NCBI RefSeq assembly: GCF_964355755.1
Contig: NC_092671.1
Span: 17,856,001-17,920,000 of the forward strand
DNA: 64,000 nt
Direction of reading: 5' to 3'
Source: Antedon mediterranea
Lineage: Eukaryota; Animalia; Echinodermata
The notes under the pieces are model-generated. The model made no database searches and was not told the DNA's origin. It saw nothing but the letters and a program-made list of their open reading frames with translations. A program made the translations under genes and the position numbers. Below, piece by piece: positions 59,073 through 64,000 of the stretch (position 1 is its first letter; every line of letters starts with the position of its first letter).

Positions 59073-62000
59073 TCAATAAGTAAGGCTAAACCTATATTGA
59101 AGATATTCATTACTTCCGATTGGTGGATACTTATTACTGCCATCAATGCACACAATCTGCTCTTCGTCATCTGGGTGACCAAAAAATGCAATTGACTGTC
59201 GAACAAATTTGGTTCCTTCCTCACTAAATGGCATAAGAACTCGGTGTTTCTAATGAATAAAGAGAAAATATTGTAATTAACCACCTTAAAAACATAAAGT
59301 ACGGTTTGCAGTAATTTTTTCATATGGATTTTTACTGGATGGATATTTTTTAATTTATTGAGTCTCATTTGAGGCTTAGGGAGTGGAGTTGAGAGACACG
59401 TGAGTTACAACCCTGGCACTGTAAGTCAGGATTGAACTCTGGGGCCAAAAACTTGCCTACACTGTATATTGATAAATGCCAACCATGGACATTGTAATCG
59501 GAAGGCAAGTATGTTAAACACAAGTGGCTCTGAAGTCTACAAAATTAAGCATTACTTTTTAAAACTCACCGTAGACACCAATTTATCTGCAGTCCATCTT
59601 TGCATCAGGTCGCCAATATTCACAACCACAGCATCTTCTATAGGTTTAGCAGCAATATAATTTCCATTACGTTGTTTTACCTACATAAAAATGCCTTATT
59701 AAGTATGTTATAAACAATTATATTATTTTGGGATTTGAATTGTTTTGCACCTTTTTTGTCTTGGTTGCGATTGGGACACAATGCAAGGACTTAAGCGCAA
59801 CGCAAGTAATTTGACCAATCACAAGCGATGGATTCGAACTCAGTCGCTTGTCATTGGTCAACTCGCTTGAGTTTCGTCTATGTCTTTGTGTTGCGTCCCT
59901 ATCCGAAACCAAGCTTTACCTCTAATCCCCCATGCGAGTCTTGAAATAGCAATGTAATCCCTCCATAGTCAGAATGTTCCCCACATCGTACTTGGCCCTC
60001 TTTTGTAGGGTAATCGCTGGTTGGCGGATAGAAAAGTGAGCGTAAAGTAGACCCATTTCCTTGTCTGCCAATTAAGTTGTGGGCTTTGACAAACATCATG
60101 GGGTCCTTAGAAATAAAATAGCCTGGCACAGTGACTAATGACAATGTTATTCATTTTTTGGTGAACTTTACAATTGCATTAAACTTATAAAGTAACAATT
60201 GAATGAAGGCAATCTAACAACAAGATGCTGAGCTCGCCTTGCCAAGATAGGAACTCGTAACAGTCCTTTGATCTTATGTCTGGCTGCAACAAATACCAAC
60301 AGTACTGTACTATGCACATATTCTACATGGCGCTGTGTCTGATAACCAAACATTTGAGGAAGCCAATTGGCCATTCGGAAACTTCAGCCACAGAAAAACC
60401 CTTTGATCTCCGGAGCTCAGCATCCTGTTGTTAGAATGCCTAGATTGAATCATACAAAATAATAAGCCAAACCTTTATAATCAGGAAGGTTGCCATGGCC
60501 AAGTACCAATACCATTAGTACATAAGAAATAATTACCCATTCTGAGAACTTTCTCATATATAAATATTATTTTGAACTTGCATTTATGACTGCTATAAAA
60601 CTTTATGTATTGCATAATATATACAATTAAATGATATTGTATGAACTACCTGAAGATTTAAACCTCTTCCCATGACTTCTACTATACGTTGATGCAACCT
60701 TTCTGCTTGGGTAAATAACAAATGAAGCGAGTCCAAAAACTTTGGTGAAATGCCATGTTTTTTAGCCTGAAATTTGCATATTGTATGTTATAAGTATGAG
60801 GGTATTTTATATGCAGGTACAGTGCTCTATCAATAAATGAGTTGTATTTGCAACTGTAATTTGTCTAATTATAAGTTAACTTATTAACTATGTATAACTA
60901 TGTACAACAATTAACAATGACACCGAAATTTTACTACGACTTTTTAATGCACTATGTCGACCTGTTATTGAATATGGTGCTCCTGTGTGGGATCCACATC
61001 AAAAACAACATAATATAGCTATTAACAAGTCATTAAGACGGGTTACTAAATTGTGTGTTGAAGGCGATTTCACTGACAGGCTTAAGATACTAAATTTACC
61101 AGATATGGTTCAAAGAATGAAATTTCATAGTATAATTTTTGTAGTTAAGTGTTTGCATAATTTAATTGATTTTGATATATTTGAATACCTTACAATTAAT
61201 TCTCGGTATCCAGAGTCGCTCACCTTTAAACACATGTATGCTAGAACTAATGCATTTAAATACTCCCTGTTTGTTAATTTTCCTCGAATATGGGAATGTA
61301 TCCCGCATGAAGTTCGTAACAAAGTCCTGTTTAACTTTGGGGGGTTTAGAAGGGATTTGAAAAAATGTATTACTGATATCGAATTCATCTAGACTATCAC
61401 TGTGTTTTTATGTCTTTTGCGTTTTTCGTACTATTAGTTGGGAAAGCCACTCGACAGTGCAGTTCTTTTGAACTGATCCACTTTTGGTTACCCGCAGGTG
61501 CTGATAGTACTTTGTTCTGTTTTGTTGAATGATGCCGTGCCTTGTTTATGATTTGTGTATGTTACCTGGAAATTGAATAAAATAAAAAAAAATAAAATAA
61601 TAAACATAAAATGAGGTGCTATTTGAACCTACCTTTTCAATTGCACTTATGGTGGATGGAACATAATTAAATCCTTCTTTCAGATCCTTATGTGGTCGTT
61701 CTGGATTCAGTCTGTGAAATGAACAACAGTTCCAAACATTTATTTCAACTATTTTGTTATTATTTAGACTATTGTATAAGAAAACAAATAGACAAAAAAA
61801 TATATACCCTTCAAGCTCAATTGAAACAAAACCAAAGTTGTCTTTTTCTCTTGTAAAAGGTTTTTTTTGGTCTGCTGGTAATTTAAAAAAGTTTTCAGAT
61901 TTAGTAAATGCATCTTTGACCTTAAAAAGAAATTTAATAAAACCAATTAAGCAATTCAGAAAATTTTGTGAGAAAATTTTGGATATCGATCCAATTTTGG

Positions 62001-62271
62001 ATACTAGTGTCACAGCCGGAGCTAAGAATGTGTAGATTGCCTTGGTATTATACAGGTAGTAGGCCTACTAAAACAGATTGATCTGCTTCACGCAGAGACA
62101 ACTTACAACTTCACGAGATATCCCTGTGTTGACGAGGTAAACAAAACCAATAGTTGAAAATGCCTTAAAAACTTCTTGGATCAGTACTTGAAATGTTTCC
62201 TGGTCTGGTTGATCCCTATCGAGACTATAAGCTGAGAAATCTACCACGGGAATTAATTGCTCATTTTCCAT
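59073..62271 (-). CDS. 2-oxoglutarate/Fe(II)-dependent dioxygenase, IPNS-like (DIOX_N + 2OG-FeII_Oxy), 315 aa; exons 62271-62107, 61920-61808, 61711-61633, 60766-60650, 60105-59920, 59680-59570, 59249-59073
   Basis: IPVVDFS, GFVYLVNTGI, DLKEGFNY, LRSLFYPP, GEHSDYGGITLLFQD..GGLEV (HxD), VVNIGDLMQRWT..LVSTKHRV (distal His) and RQSIAFF (RxS). All junctions are GT-AG and in phase, 948 nt. Confidence 0.92.
59760..59916. mobile_element. MITE family B copy abutting a splice donor
   Basis: CTTGGTT..CAATGCAAGGA..CAACGCAAGT..TTTGACCAATCACAAGCGA...TCGCTTGTCATTGGTCAACTC...AACCAAGCTT; homologous to 37030-37161. Confidence 0.75.
60208..60440. mobile_element. MITE with 28-bp TIR and GGC termini (Harbinger-like)
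   Basis: GGCAATCTAACAACAAGATGCTGAGCTC ... GAGCTCAGCATCCTGTTGTTAGAATGCC (2 mismatches). Confidence 0.75.
60920..61600 (+). mobile_element. 5'-truncated CR1/L2-group LINE in dioxygenase intron 3, antisense to the host gene
   Basis: LLRLFNALCRPVIEYGAPVWDPHQK...DRLKILNL...RTNAFKYSLFV..PRIWECIP, with an A-rich tail at 61577-61605. Confidence 0.85.
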
Positions 62272-63426
62272 TTCTCGTGGCTAGGCCTAGACCTCATGTG
62301 TTTTATTGTTATGTGAACAAAAAGATCGATCTGACAGTATTATTCGCATCAAGGTAATCTAACAATAGTTAGTTAGATCAAGGCCTAAGTACGAGAAGAA
62401 AAGAGGGCGTAATGCAATTCGTGGGAACAGTATCGTATGGAACGCCACCTTTTTTGAATGGAGGAGAAATAGGGATAGTGCCCGGCCGGTTCGGAGTCCC
62501 TCGGTTCTGCTTAAAAGCATCCATAAATTGAATGATAGTATAAATAATGATATATAATGTGTATGAAGATGGTGAGAATATTTCATGATTCAAATTGGTC
62601 AGATGTTTGCCCTACTCATGACGTAATTTGTACTTTCCGAACGCGTGGAAACAATTCTTATTTTTTTTTATAGAAAGTCCCCATTAGATATCACTTTTTC
62701 GTTAGATAAGGCTAATTCCAAAGGAATTGACCAATCAAATTGCAAGAATAGAATTAGGTGTGTTATAATGGCCTATTCTCTGCAGCCTGCATAATTATTA
62801 AATTATTTATATTGACAATATAATGTAGGCCTATATTATATATAATTTACTATCGGTACGCTTTTATACGTAATACAGAGAAAGCAATTTACCGCTTTTT
62901 GTAATATTATGATAGCCTAATAAAGTTCTGAAATTGCACATCAGTAATTATGCCATTATAGCTACCTTTATTACATTCCCGTACAATTCGGCATTATAAA
63001 ATGGAAACGTTCGGACATACATTTCAAATTTAAATGTGATTCTTTTGGTAAAAAGTTAACGATTCTAATATCTAATATGATAATGTTTCATCTGGTCGGC
63101 ACACTTAGGCGATTGTATTATTTATACATTTTTTTGACTGTGAAACATTTTTGTTGCATCTGTCACCACCAGCTAGCACTTTCCTAGTTCTTGTGACTCT
63201 CCCGTCTAAACATTCACCAACATTAGACCATTTACTGTAGAAGCATTTTTCTAAAAAAAAAAGAATAAATTTCACAATGATTCATTCATAAAACACTGTA
63301 AGGTATAAGGTTTAGGCCTACACATAGCTATACATTGAGTATCAAAAACCCACGACCGGTGTGGCTACCCATAACGGTACATGTAACATCTTAAGTCACC
63401 CGCGACCAATGCATACTCACAATAAT

Positions 63427-63885
63427 GGGGAACCTAATGCAATTCCGTGAGATTTTAATGCTCAAGTTGGGTTCTTGGCAGTTTTGGAATCCTCAGGACT
63501 AGTAGAATTCATTGCAATTGGGGGCCAATTTTTCCCGACCCTATTTTAGTTGCATCTTGGATTTCAAAATGTCCACCATTTGTTACTCAAAACTGATAGT
63601 AGCTCCTACCATGTACGAACGTAAATTTGTGTGACAAATCTTACAATATTGAGATAAATCAGTCCAATGGTACAATTTATAATACAGTAATAGCATATGG
63701 CAACCATATTGGATTCCAAGATAGCCATTAAAAACGTATATAATATAATGTATGAATTTATGTATTTAATCATCAACAATTATGGGTGCCATATGCTAAT
63801 CCTAAGGATTCCAAAACTGCCAAGAACTCAACTTGAGCATTAAAATCTCATCACGGAATTGATATTTGGAACATTAGGTTCCCCA
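63427..63885. mobile_element. MITE with long (~65-80 bp) terminal inverted repeats
   Basis: TGGGGAACCTAATG..AATTCCGTGAGATTTTAATGCTCAAGTTGGGTTCTTGGCAGTTTTGGAATCCT, inverted at 63805-63885. Confidence 0.8.
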
Positions 63886-64000
63886 CTACAATTTTTCATA
63901 CAACTCTACAGCCCTTGTTTCGGGTTTAACAGCGTTTGAGCGAGTTGTTTGACTTGCTCTCTCCACCAAATCATTGATGACTGTCTGTAACACGAGACGA

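Noticed and set aside
58979-59368. 129-aa minus-strand ORF
   Set aside because: It is an off-frame reading of the dioxygenase last exon. The true frame is KHRVLMPF...RQSIAFF.
60168-60374. 68-aa ORF or alternative exon in a dioxygenase intron
   Set aside because: It lies mostly inside a MITE with 28-bp TIRs.

Overview
AT-rich, intron-rich animal genomic DNA. It looks like an invertebrate deuterostome, possibly an echinoderm; this is inferred from gene content and not proven. From left to right the window holds: the 3' end of the spliceosomal gene CWC22 (+), with a ~690-codon low-complexity last exon; a complete 4-exon COA1 (-) that the ORF track misses; an apparently complete axonemal dynein DNAH7 (+, 7671-42766, ~65 exons traced by eye), head-to-head with COA1; a transposon-dense intergenic block (L1/Tx1, Penelope, LINE and Harbinger remnants, MITEs); two tandem 3-exon histamine N-methyltransferase-like genes (+); and a convergent 7-exon IPNS-like 2OG/Fe(II) dioxygenase (-). 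The most notable observations are a minimal hammerhead ribozyme at a Penelope 3' end, the COA1/DNAH7 head-to-head pair that matches the inferred pre-vertebrate-duplication gene order, a possible methyltransferase-dioxygenase tailoring cluster with altered HNMT active-site residues, and a young RTE insertion that duplicated a probable branch point. No clearly unprecedented system can be demonstrated from the sequence alone.
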